Source: Caldisericia bacterium
GTDB taxonomy: Bacteria; Caldisericota; Caldisericia; UBA6126
Length of the DNA: 64,000 bases
Assembly (NCBI GenBank): GCA_023146045.1
Contig: JAGLCW010000105.1
Location: 6,506 to 70,505, forward strand
Reading direction: 5' to 3'
Part shown: in pieces, positions 47,813-58,000 of the stretch
How the letters are laid out: every line of letters starts with the position of its first letter
Position numbering within the stretch: position 1 is the first letter of the stretch
Made by a program: the position numbers and the translations under genes
Notes under the pieces: model-generated
What the model was told of the DNA's origin: nothing
The model's input: the letters and a program-made list of their open reading frames with translations, nothing else
Databases searched by the model: none

Positions 47813-48813
47813 AGGCAACTATATTGGGATCAAACGATAGTGGTAAAAAAGACTTATTTGATATTTTGTCTGGTGGCAAAGTTTCAAAAATGAAGAGTAA
47901 ACTTATAGGTTCTGCAAATGTTCCAGATAGCCGTGTTAATGAACTTTCTGATTTTTTTAAACCAAAGAAAATAACATTCACACAATTAAACTTTTTATCT
48001 GTTGGACTTGAACCAACATTCCCATACGAAGATTTACGAGCTTCTGATATGTTTGTGTTGCTTTTAAAGGCTCACAGCGCATATGAAGGCGATACATTTG
48101 ATATTAAAGCTTCATATGAAGATATCGACTTAATTTTCAGATTAAAAGACGTTGAGCTAATTGAAAATTTTATAGATAGACATAAAAAAGATCCAAAAGC
48201 TAAAAAGGAAATTGAAGCTTGCAAGACTCTTGTTGAGCTAATTGAAAAAGGAGAAACAGATATTGATCATTCATTGCTTCAGTTGGATACAGTAAAGAAT
48301 CTTGGATTAAATTCAATTATTCCAAGAATTGTTGTTTTAAATGTGGACGAAGATCACATTAACACAGCATTAGAACAAGAAGCTGATTTTAAAGATGCTT
48401 ATCCTGAAGTTAAATACTCAAAACTTTGCGTTCAACTAGAGAAAGAGATTTCCTTAATGAACGATGAAGATCAAGAAATGATGTTTTCTGAGTACAAAAT
48501 TGAAGAACCTGGATTAAATAAACTTATCAACGCAGCATATGATACATTAGGCTTAATGACATTTTTTACCGTTGGTGAAGATGAAGTTAGAGCATGGACA
48601 ATTCATTCTGGAAATATAGCTCTTGAAGCTGCAGGAAAAATTCACACCGATATTAAAAAAGGGTTCATTAGAGCAGAGATTGTTCATTATAATGACTTTA
48701 AAGACAACGGGTTCTCATTTAAAACTTGTAAAGATAAAGGATGTTTCTATCTTGAAGGAAAAGAATATGTCATTCAAGATGGCGATATAATGCATGTAAG
48801 GTTTAATATCTAA
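47809..48813 (+). CDS. YchF-like protein (Obg-family ribosome-binding ATPase homologue) with apparently degenerate G1/G3 motifs
   Basis: The C-terminal ~100 aa match the YchF TGS/C-terminal domain ([60 protein letters not shown]...[11 protein letters not shown]). The N-terminal Walker A reads GSNDSGKKD instead of G.PNVGKST. The GTG start overlaps the sucD stop (GTGA). Confidence 0.6.
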   Translation: MKATILGSNDSGKKDLFDILSGGKVSKMKSKLIGSANVPDSRVNELSDFFKPKKITFTQLNFLSVGLEPTFPYEDLRASDMFVLLLKAHSAYEGDTFDIKASYEDIDLIFRLKDVELIENFIDRHKKDPKAKKEIEACKTLVELIEKGETDIDHSLLQLDTVKNLGLNSIIPRIVVLNVDEDHINTALEQEADFKDAYPEVKYSKLCVQLEKEISLMNDEDQEMMFSEYKIEEPGLNKLINAAYDTLGLMTFFTVGEDEVRAWTIHSGNIALEAAGKIHTDIKKGFIRAEIVHYNDFKDNGFSFKTCKDKGCFYLEGKEYVIQDGDIMHVRFNI

Positions 48814-50111
48814 TGCAATCTGAGAATACTAAAGCTGAGCATATTAAAAAGAATCAAAAGTTAATCGTAAATATTTCTGAGTTGATTGCTCCACAAAGTA
48901 AAAATGGAAAACCAAGAAAAGGTATTGAACAAAACAAGCTGCTTAGAATTAAAAAAGCTTTTGTTGCGATAGAAAATGGGAAAATAATTGATTTCGGCAG
49001 AATGAATGATTGCCGATCTAAATATAAGAATTTTCAAGAAATTAACGCTAATAATAAGGTTGTAATGCCTGGATTTGTAGATCCTCACACACATTTGGTA
49101 TTTGCTGGCAATAGAGCAAAAGAATATGTAGCAAGGCTGAAAGGTGCAAGCTATTTAGAAATACTTTCAAATGGCGGTGGAATTATTGATACAGTAATGT
49201 CTGTTAGAAAGGCGTCACTGGAAGAATTGATCAAAAACACTGTGAATGTTTTTAGGGAATGCATAAGATACGGAACAACTTCTTTTGAAGTTAAAAGTGG
49301 TTACGGACTCAATATTTCTGACGAAGTCAAAATGCTAACAGCCGCTACTATTGCTGCTAAGGAATGTGGAGTTAATATATCCAGAACATTGTTAGCTGCA
49401 CACGCTGTTCCTCCTGAATACAAAGATAAAAAAGATGAGTACATTAATCTTATTAACAATTCAATAACACCTGAAGTTGCAAAAATGAAACTTGCAGAAA
49501 ATATTGATGTGTTTTGTGAGGCTGGGGTTTTTTCAGTTGAAGAAGCAAGATTAATTCTAAAAACAGGTATTAACTATGGCTTGAGACCAAAATTGCATGT
49601 TGATGAGTTTGAAGCTATTGGAGGATTATCTCTTGCTGCAGAACTAAATGCAATATCTGCAGATCATTTAATGGTGTCAAAGGAAAAAGAATTTGATAGT
49701 TTTGAAAAGGCTGGCTCGATAGGAGTTGTTCTGCCAGGAACTTCATTCGGTTTAACTCATGATGATTCTGATTTAGGGTATGGTAGAAAACTTATTGATG
49801 CTGGAATACCTGTTGCAATTGGTACCGATTTAAATCCAGGTACATGTATGTGTAACTCAATGCAGATGATGATTGAGATTGCTATACTTAAAATGGGATT
49901 CACATTAGAGGAAGCGATTAATGCAGCTACCATTAATGCTTCTTTTGCTTGTAATCTAGATAACAAATCTGGAATGATTGAGATTGGTAAAAATGCAGAT
50001 TTATTATTTCTTTCAATTGAAGAAATAGAAGAATTTCCATATAGATTTGGAGTAAATAAGGTTACAAGACTGTTACTGAATGGAATTGATTTTAATTTGC
50101 GAATAGTGTAA
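48813..50111 (+). CDS. hutI: Imidazolonepropionase
   Basis: PGFVDPHTHLVFAG is the amidohydrolase HxH. Overall HutI pattern. 432 aa. The start overlaps the upstream stop (TAATG). Confidence 0.8.
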   Translation: MQSENTKAEHIKKNQKLIVNISELIAPQSKNGKPRKGIEQNKLLRIKKAFVAIENGKIIDFGRMNDCRSKYKNFQEINANNKVVMPGFVDPHTHLVFAGNRAKEYVARLKGASYLEILSNGGGIIDTVMSVRKASLEELIKNTVNVFRECIRYGTTSFEVKSGYGLNISDEVKMLTAATIAAKECGVNISRTLLAAHAVPPEYKDKKDEYINLINNSITPEVAKMKLAENIDVFCEAGVFSVEEARLILKTGINYGLRPKLHVDEFEAIGGLSLAAELNAISADHLMVSKEKEFDSFEKAGSIGVVLPGTSFGLTHDDSDLGYGRKLIDAGIPVAIGTDLNPGTCMCNSMQMMIEIAILKMGFTLEEAINAATINASFACNLDNKSGMIEIGKNADLLFLSIEEIEEFPYRFGVNKVTRLLLNGIDFNLRIV

Positions 50112-50198
50112 TATTATAAAAAAATTAGCATAGAAGTTAAAGATTATCTATGAAAGGCTGTCATGGCTTTTTATTATTTGTTTCTCAGGGGGGACTTG

Positions 50199-53144
50199 AT
50201 GAAAGCAAGAACAAACAAAGTTTTAAGTGTTATTCTTTCCGTAGTACTACTAGGAAGTATTTTTTCTGTTTTTAAAGCAGAGCCAGTGTCTGCTTTAAAA
50301 AACTTTGTAATGACCGTGCAACCAAGAAAAGTAGCAACAAGATCTACTTACAAGTTTAATGTTACAATCGAGAAAAGACTTAAAGTGCACGAAGCTGTTA
50401 CTTTGGTTTGGCCTGCTGGAACTATTATTGATCCACCAATACCAAAAGATGAGAAAAAAAAGAAAGAACGTTTAACTCAAATTATTGAGTCGATGTCTAT
50501 AGGACTTTCACCTTGTTCTGCGTGTCAAGGGTTACCAAAAATTACTACAACTCCTGATGGAGGAATTCAGCTTGTATTTAATACTCATATTGAGTTAAAT
50601 CCAGAAATTGAAGGTTATTCAAATATAGTAGTCACTGTGCCTGATACATGTGGTTTTGTAACTCCTCCTGAGCAAGGAGAATATATGTGGAGGTTCTCAA
50701 CTGGAGCAGAGCCAACATTGGTTTCTTCCGCTCCATTTATGATCGTAACTAGTGCAATAGGTGTGCCAGAAGGTATGCCAGAAGTAGAAGTTAAACCTTC
50801 ATCTTTCCGTGCCAACGCATCTTACAAGATTGGTTTTAATGTTGGACAAGGTGGATGGCTTCGTGAAGGAGATGGACGAATTAGAGTTAAATTTCCTGAA
50901 GGAACTTTGTTCTCAAAAAAAGAAATCAAAGAAAAATATATTCTTGTTAATGGAAAACCTTTAGTTAATCCACCACTTGCCGTTAGAACTCAAATGACAT
51001 TTATTACACCAGTAGGGGTTGCTGATGGCGGTAGAATAGTTATTGAAATTAGTGAAGGAGCCGGTGTCGTCAACCCATCAAAACCTGGCGAATATACTTT
51101 GCAAGTTTCTACAATTCCTGCTGACAAGGAATGGGTAGAGTCTATACCTTATTTAATTGAAAAAGGTGGAGCATTGTTAAAGATAGTTCCAGCAAAAGTA
51201 AATAAAAATGCACAGTATTCTTTTTCATTTATTCTTGAACCAGGAAAATCTTTAGCTCCAAGTGGGAAAATTAATGTAAAATTCCCAGAAGGTACCGTAG
51301 TACCAACAAGCCTAGATAAAACCAAAATTACAATTGGTGGAAAACCAGTTTCTTCAATTGCAGTTAAAGGTATGGAAGTTGAGTTAAATTCAGCAGTATC
51401 TGTTGAAGAAGAAGATGCCGTAGATGTTGTTTTTGGATCTGAAACTGGAATCATGAATTCAAAAAAGGCTGGAGAAGTAAAACTAGGCTATAAGTTGGAA
51501 AGCGACAAAGATTACTTACTAACATCACCTGTTGAGCTGATTGAATCTAGACTAGAAATAGAAGACGTAATGAATGATCCAAACAATGCACACTCAATTT
51601 CCGAATGGACAATTGATGGAATGGTTGGCGATAATGGAGCATTGAAAAAAGGTGATTTTATTGCAATCACATTCCCTGAAAATGTGGAAATACCAGAAAA
51701 AATATCCGCCGAAACAATTACTATTAACGAAGAAACAGTTTCAAAAGTAACCGTTAAAGGTCAAACAATTGAAATCTCTTTGAGTGAATCAATTTCCGGT
51801 GGAGAAATATTTAAATTAGTTGTAACACTAGATGCGGGAATTAGAAACCCAAATGAAGAAAAAGTAGGATATACATTAAGTGTTTACACATCTGTTGAAA
51901 AAAATCCTGTTTTAACCCCAACATTCTTTACTACACCAGCATTACCAGAGGCTAAGTATAAAATATCTGGTGGAGAAAAAGGTGAAGATGGTTGGTATTT
52001 AAACCCACCAGTAGTAAATTTCTTCTGCGACGACCCAACAGCAGTAATCAAGCTTTATTGGGACGACAAAGATAATCAGATTATTACTTTTGGGGGAGAT
52101 GCAAAACCTCTCGATATTGGTCAGTATGAATCACGTATTACATATTGGGCAGAATCTATCACAGGTGTAGAACCTCCAAAATCATTTGTAGTTAAAGTAG
52201 ACACAGTTTTGCCTGAAGTTGTTATGAGTTCTCCAGAAGAATTAAAAACAATTACTACCGAAGCAACAATTAAAGTAGAAGGTCGTACTACGCTCATTGC
52301 AACCATTCGTTTTGGTGTGGATTCACTAGAGTATGACTTGATTGCATTCATTAATGGAGAAAATGTGGTTGTTAACCCCGAAGACGGAACTTTCTCAAAA
52401 ATGGTTGACTTAAAAAACGGGCTTAACAAAATTGAAGTTTTAGCAAAAGACGAAGCAGGTCACAAAAAGATATTAAACTACGAAGTTATGTTTGACATTG
52501 AGCCACCTGAAATTGATGTTACATATCCAAAAGAAGGCGAAGTTGTAACAAAGAAACGTTTCGAAGTTACAGGGAAAACTGACCCAACAGCACAACTAAC
52601 AATTGATGGTGAATTTGTTTATTTAGAAGAAGACGGTTCATTTGCGTACGAAATGACACCAAGAAAATTAGGCAAATTAACTATAGAGTTGATTGCTACC
52701 GACCCAGTCGGTAATGTTACAGCAAAGAAAACTAATTTTACTTTTGGTTATACAATCATTTTGGCTATAGGTAAAAAAACTGCAACAGTAAACGGAGAAG
52801 TCCAAGATTTATCTATGACACCAATTATTCAAAACGGTAGAACGCTTGTTCCTTTTGGTTTCATAGCAAGAGCTTTAAATGCAGAAGTAGGATTTACAAA
52901 ACATCCTATAACTAAAAACGTTGATACAGTTTCATTAGAACTTGATGGAACTAAAGTAATACTTACAATAGGATCAAAGATTGCAAAAGTTAACGGTAAA
53001 GATATGGAAATGGATATTGCTTGTCAAATAATTAGCAGTAACACAATGGTACCAGTTCGCTTTGTTACCGATAGCTTAGGTGCAGAAATTGGTTGGGAAG
53101 GAAAATCTCAAACAATAACTATTACCTATCCTAAAGTAAGATAA
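50199..53144 (+). CDS. Large secreted/surface protein with multiple beta-sandwich repeats and C-terminal copper-amine-oxidase-N-like (CAO-N) domains
   Basis: Start at the ATG at 50199 after a GGGGGGA RBS. Signal peptide present. Repetitive VxFPEGT... beta-strand units. C-terminal NGRTLVPFGFIARALNAEVGF and SNTMVPVRFVTDSLGAEIGWEG repeats. Confidence 0.5.
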   Translation: MKARTNKVLSVILSVVLLGSIFSVFKAEPVSALKNFVMTVQPRKVATRSTYKFNVTIEKRLKVHEAVTLVWPAGTIIDPPIPKDEKKKKERLTQIIESMSIGLSPCSACQGLPKITTTPDGGIQLVFNTHIELNPEIEGYSNIVVTVPDTCGFVTPPEQGEYMWRFSTGAEPTLVSSAPFMIVTSAIGVPEGMPEVEVKPSSFRANASYKIGFNVGQGGWLREGDGRIRVKFPEGTLFSKKEIKEKYILVNGKPLVNPPLAVRTQMTFITPVGVADGGRIVIEISEGAGVVNPSKPGEYTLQVSTIPADKEWVESIPYLIEKGGALLKIVPAKVNKNAQYSFSFILEPGKSLAPSGKINVKFPEGTVVPTSLDKTKITIGGKPVSSIAVKGMEVELNSAVSVEEEDAVDVVFGSETGIMNSKKAGEVKLGYKLESDKDYLLTSPVELIESRLEIEDVMNDPNNAHSISEWTIDGMVGDNGALKKGDFIAITFPENVEIPEKISAETITINEETVSKVTVKGQTIEISLSESISGGEIFKLVVTLDAGIRNPNEEKVGYTLSVYTSVEKNPVLTPTFFTTPALPEAKYKISGGEKGEDGWYLNPPVVNFFCDDPTAVIKLYWDDKDNQIITFGGDAKPLDIGQYESRITYWAESITGVEPPKSFVVKVDTVLPEVVMSSPEELKTITTEATIKVEGRTTLIATIRFGVDSLEYDLIAFINGENVVVNPEDGTFSKMVDLKNGLNKIEVLAKDEAGHKKILNYEVMFDIEPPEIDVTYPKEGEVVTKKRFEVTGKTDPTAQLTIDGEFVYLEEDGSFAYEMTPRKLGKLTIELIATDPVGNVTAKKTNFTFGYTIILAIGKKTATVNGEVQDLSMTPIIQNGRTLVPFGFIARALNAEVGFTKHPITKNVDTVSLELDGTKVILTIGSKIAKVNGKDMEMDIACQIISSNTMVPVRFVTDSLGAEIGWEGKSQTITITYPKVR

Positions 53145-53162
53145 TGATGCTTGGAGGCGGTT

Positions 53163-54572
53163 ATGAAGATTAATTTTAAAAAGTCTGTCGGTTTGTTCGT
53201 TATATGTGTGCTCACATTCATTTGTGCATTTACAGGTTTTGAGCCATCATATAAAGTATATGCTGCCGACGGTGACGACTTCATACCGTCTCCTTCTCCA
53301 GTTATAGTAGAGCAGTTTACTGGTGGTTGGTGTGGAGCATGTCCGTATGCATCAGCTGGAATTCATTACAGTCAAATGGTTTTAAATGGAGAAGAGGATG
53401 TTTTTGTACATCTGGCTTATCACTATAGAGATTCCTTGGCTACTGCAGATACTGAAAAACGTGCTGGACAATATGACATAACAGCGTATCCAACAGTGAT
53501 TATTGGTGGATTAACTAAAATGATTGGTGTTCCATCAAAGGATGGTTATTTAGATTTTGATCAGTATGTCGAAGTTATTAGAGAATATTCCATGAATAAG
53601 TCAACTGTTGCTGATATAGAACTGGTTGCCGATTTTGATTCTCATTCTTTCAATGTAAAGGTTAAAGCAAAAGAAGATTTCGGTAAAAGAAAAATCAATA
53701 TTGTTGCTGCAATCTATCAAGATTGGGTTAACTGCCAATTGAAAAATGGAGCAAGTTTTAATAGAAACACTGTAAGAAAAATGCCGTACGGCGTTTCAGG
53801 AAAGCCAATAAAATTAAAAGCAGACCAGATTTACGAAGAGACTAGAAAATTTGTTCTTACAACTCGTGCTTCTGAACAGTGTGGAATTGTTGTTTTCTTG
53901 CAAGACCAAGACACTCAAGAAATTGTTGGGTCAGCTTTATATAAGTTTGCTACTAAAAAAACAGCGTTGTTTTATTGGAATGTACCACAAATGGGAAACC
54001 AAGAGAAAAATACTTGCCTTGGTACTATGACTTTCAAAGTTATAAATGCAACAGATTTGAAGAAAGTTTACATTAAATTGCACAAAGTCGATGAGTATTT
54101 CTCTTTAAAAGCTGTTGCATTATCAAAAGCATTGAAAGACAAAGCAACGATTGATTTTAATGCAAGAAAATGGGAAGTGACTGTAGAATTTAATGAACCA
54201 TTCAATGGCTCTGCAGATATTTTTAATCTTCTAGTGAACTTCAAAAAAGAGTCTGGTGATTACGGAATAGTTTTTAAATTGATTCAATTCATGGCTTCCG
54301 ATAGCAGTAAAAACAGTGTGCCTTTTGAACTCATTGACCTTTCTTTCTTTAGCGGTGTTCACATATCGCCAAATCCATATGATTTAGATGAGAACGGTAC
54401 AATTGATGAAAATGATGTAATTGTTGTTGAAAAAGCTTTTGGAACAGAAAAAGGCGATAAAGAATTTAAGAAACAGTGTGACTTTAACAAAGATAGAAGA
54501 ATAGATCTTGAAGACTTAAATGAGTTAATGCATAAAGAGGGCTGGAGAATTTTAAAAGAATATCAAGATTAA
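53163..54572 (+). CDS. Secreted thioredoxin-fold (CxxC) protein with C-terminal dockerin-like double Ca-binding loop
   Basis: GGAGG RBS, then ATG at 53163. Signal peptide present. FTGGWCGACPYASAG...AYPTVIIGG (thioredoxin-like). C-terminal DLDENGTIDENDVIVV and DFNKDRRIDLEDLNELM loops. Confidence 0.5.
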   Translation: MKINFKKSVGLFVICVLTFICAFTGFEPSYKVYAADGDDFIPSPSPVIVEQFTGGWCGACPYASAGIHYSQMVLNGEEDVFVHLAYHYRDSLATADTEKRAGQYDITAYPTVIIGGLTKMIGVPSKDGYLDFDQYVEVIREYSMNKSTVADIELVADFDSHSFNVKVKAKEDFGKRKINIVAAIYQDWVNCQLKNGASFNRNTVRKMPYGVSGKPIKLKADQIYEETRKFVLTTRASEQCGIVVFLQDQDTQEIVGSALYKFATKKTALFYWNVPQMGNQEKNTCLGTMTFKVINATDLKKVYIKLHKVDEYFSLKAVALSKALKDKATIDFNARKWEVTVEFNEPFNGSADIFNLLVNFKKESGDYGIVFKLIQFMASDSSKNSVPFELIDLSFFSGVHISPNPYDLDENGTIDENDVIVVEKAFGTEKGDKEFKKQCDFNKDRRIDLEDLNELMHKEGWRILKEYQD

Positions 54573-54925
54573 TCTGAGAATAAAACTACAGCTACTGCAT
54601 ATTCTTTTTCGTGAGAAATGCTTAGTTGGAGTTGGTTTGAATATATTTCTTTCCGATTAGAAATAACAATAGGCCTGCCTTCTGGATCGTGTAAAATAGA
54701 CACATCTTTGAGGGCAGGTTTTTTTATATATTTACTTACTGCTTTTATATAGGCTTCTTTTGAAGAAAATTTACCGGCTAGCGTTTCGTAAACATTTTTT
54801 CTAACCTTGGCATCTATTAACTCTTTTTCACAACCAACAAACCTAACCCACCACTTGTAGCCATAGCGATCGCACATTTTCCTTATTCGTTCAATTTTTA
54901 CAATATCAATACCAATTGAAATCAT
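54569..54925 (-). CDS. acpS: Holo-[acyl-carrier-protein] synthase
   Basis: MISIGIDIVKIERI..., ...LAGKFSSKEAYIKA..., ...SISHEKEYAVAVV. 118 aa. Confidence 0.8.
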   Translation of the reverse strand: MISIGIDIVKIERIRKMCDRYGYKWWVRFVGCEKELIDAKVRKNVYETLAGKFSSKEAYIKAVSKYIKKPALKDVSILHDPEGRPIVISNRKEIYSNQLQLSISHEKEYAVAVVLFSD

Positions 54926-54954
54926 TATTTTCTCCTAAAAAGTTAAATAAAATT

Positions 54955-54983
54955 TTGCTTTTATTGACAGTATATAATATACT
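54955..54983 (+). promoter_or_regulatory. Candidate sigma-70-type promoter upstream of rpoB
   Basis: TTGCTT at 54955-54960 and TATACT at 54978-54983 with a 17-nt spacer. A TTGACA at 54965 and a TATAAT at 54973 are also present but too close to pair. AT-rich background, so weak evidence. Confidence 0.25.
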
Positions 54984-55087
54984 AAGTGTTTGTTAAATTA
55001 GATTTATTGATTTTTGGTATATTCTGGGATTACTATGGTTATTTATAGCCATGTAAACTTGTTTTATATGGTGATAAGGAGTATGTA

Positions 55088-58000
55088 GTGTCACAACAAT
55101 CATTTACTATACAGGATTTGAACAAAATTAAGCAAGATTTCTGCGCCCCTAATCTTCTGGAGATGCAGAGACAATCTTTTCAATGGCTTATTGATAAAGG
55201 GATTCAAGAGCTGTTAAAAGAATTTGAAGCTACAGATTCTAACTATGAGAGCGGGAAAGTTTTAGTGCGCTTTCTAGGGTACGAAATAAATGCTCCAAAA
55301 ATTACACCTTCTGAAAGCAAAACAAAAGGTAAAACATACAAAGGTGAGCTTAGATTATCTATAAGATTGACTAATACAGAATTAGGTGAAGAAATTCATC
55401 TTCAAGATAAGAATAAAAGGATCGCTGTTGGGGAATTTCCATACATGACTCCAACTGGATCATTTATCATAAACGGAATCGAAAGGGTCGTAGTAGGACA
55501 GCTAACACGTTCTCCAGGAGTTTATTTTGAAAAATCAATATCAGTAAAAACCGGAGATCCAGTATACAAAGCAACTATTATACCTGATCGAGGATCATGG
55601 ATTGAATTTGAAACAAACGAAGATGGAGCAGTTTTTGTGTTTCTTGATAAAAGGAGTAAAAAACTTCCAGCAACCATTGTTCTTAGGGCATTAGGGCTTA
55701 CTGATCAAGAACTTAAAGAAGAATTAAAAGATGATACAGTTGTAGAACTAAGAACAAACTCAAAAGAATTTTTTAGTGCAGCTGGAAAGGTTTTAGATGA
55801 CGATATCTACGACTTACAAACTGGAGAAGACCTTTATAAAAAAGGAACAGTTTTAACTCTTGATATTCTAGAAGAAATAGCAAAAACAAATATTTCAGTT
55901 ATTCATATATATGATAGAGCTTTGTCACGATTTGCCTTGGCAACACTCGAAGAAGACAATACAGAAGATGAAGAAAATGCAAAAAAATTAATATTTATGA
56001 AATTAAGACCAGGTGAACGATACACAAAAGAAAATGCAGATATCCAATTCAGACAGGTACTGACAGACCCAAGAAGAAACGACTTAGGTGAAGTTGGTCG
56101 TTTCAAAATGAATAAAAAACTAGGATTAAATTCCGAAGAAAGAGTAATTACCAAAGATGATTTGGTTAGAATAATTCAATACTTTGCTAAAATTGAGCAC
56201 AATACAGGTCAAACAGACAATAGAGATCATTTGGGGAATAAAAGACTTAGACTTGTTGGTGAATTACTTAAAAATAGTATGCGAATTGGTTTGCATAGAG
56301 TAATGAAAAACACATATGAAAAGATTTCTGTTACTCCTTGGGAAGAAATTCACAAACATACTTCAAACATAATTAACCCAAGACCGTTAGAAGCTTCAAT
56401 AAAAGAATTTTTCAGCATGGGTCAATTGTCACAGTTTATGGACGAAACAAATCCAATTGCTGCATTAACGCACAAAAGAAGAATATCTGCTTTAGGACCT
56501 GGCGGTTTACACCGTGAAAGAGCTGGTGCTGAAGTAAGAGACGTTCACCACTCTCACTATGGAAGAATTTGCCCGATTGAAACTCCAGAAGGTGAGAACG
56601 TTGGCTTAATAAATTCATTGGCTGTTTATTCAAAAATAGACGACAGAGGATTTATTGTAGCAACTTATAAAATAGTCAAAGACTGTCAAGTTCTTGATGA
56701 AACTGTGTCAATAATTGCCGATGACGAAGAAGATAAATTTATTGGTCAGTTTGATACTCCTATAGATGAAAATGGATACATTACTTCTGACGATGTGTTA
56801 TGCAGGCATGGTAATGTTTACGAGACTGTTCCAAAAGAAAAAGTAAATTTAATGGATCTTTCACCGTTGCAAGTGTTTTCTGTTTCGGCTGGATTGATTG
56901 CATTCTTAGAACACGATGATGCCAACAGAGCTTTAATGGGCTGTAACATGCAACATCAAGCTGTTCCACTAATTAAACCTGAAATACCATACGCTGGTAC
57001 AGGTCTTGAAGAGAAAGCTGCCGTTGACTCTGGAGCAGTTGAATTGTCTCCAGATGAAGGAATAGTGGTTTATGTGGATTCAAAACAAATTGCAATAGCC
57101 TCACCAGAGTATGGAACTGAAAAAGTATCTATTGGTGCTTTCAATGTGTCACTTATTGATAAAATTCTTGCTCAAGATATCCCCGGTATAGCAGAAATTG
57201 GTCAACCAATTACCGGAAATTTATTACATAAGCTTTTTTACGAAGGTTATACCTCGGTAGCGTATACAGATACTAAAGTATTTGAAAAAATAGATCTAGC
57301 CGAGCTTGTAATATATGAAAAAAATGAAGCATTAATCGGTCGCAAATTGATTGAAGATGTTTGTACATCAACCAACAAGGTTTTAATTGCAGCTGGCAGA
57401 GAAATCTCAAAAGGTCTTATTGACAGGCTGATTGGTGCTAAAATTGCCATGGTTAAAGTTGATGGGATTATGGGTGGAGAGGAAGAAGTACCAGTTTTTG
57501 AAATTAAATATATTTCAAAGGACAATATATCTACCGATAAAATTTTAGTTCACTCTGATCCTATGTATGAAAAAATACAATATGGACATCAGTTAACACC
57601 AACTGTTTTTTCCCTGCTCAAAGAAGGAAATACAAGAAATATTGTTTTAGTTTCTCCAGATGATTTAAAATATGCCGAACCATTTATTCTTTCACCAAAA
57701 CTCCACAAAAAAGCTTTATTGGCCGAGGAAGTTATTGTTGGTGCAGAAGTTATTGTTGGAAAAGATGAAGTTGTAACAAGAGACATGATAGTCAGTTTTG
57801 TTAAAAACAATATTGAAAAAATAACAATAAACAAAACAAAAAACATTGAACTTACTAAATTTAGACGAACAAACCAAGATACCGTTGTAAACAAATATCC
57901 TATGGTTGAAAGTGGCGATAGAATAACAAAGAAATCACCAATAATAAATGGCCAAGCCTGTGATAGAGGAAGATTGGCTTTAGGTCAAAATTTACTCACT

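Noticed and set aside
54965-54978. Perfect TTGACA and TATAAT hexamers upstream of rpoB.
   Set aside because: They are only 2 nt apart, so they cannot form one sigma-70 promoter. TTGCTT/TATACT with a 17-nt spacer in the same region is a better candidate. In ~30% GC DNA such hexamers occur by chance.
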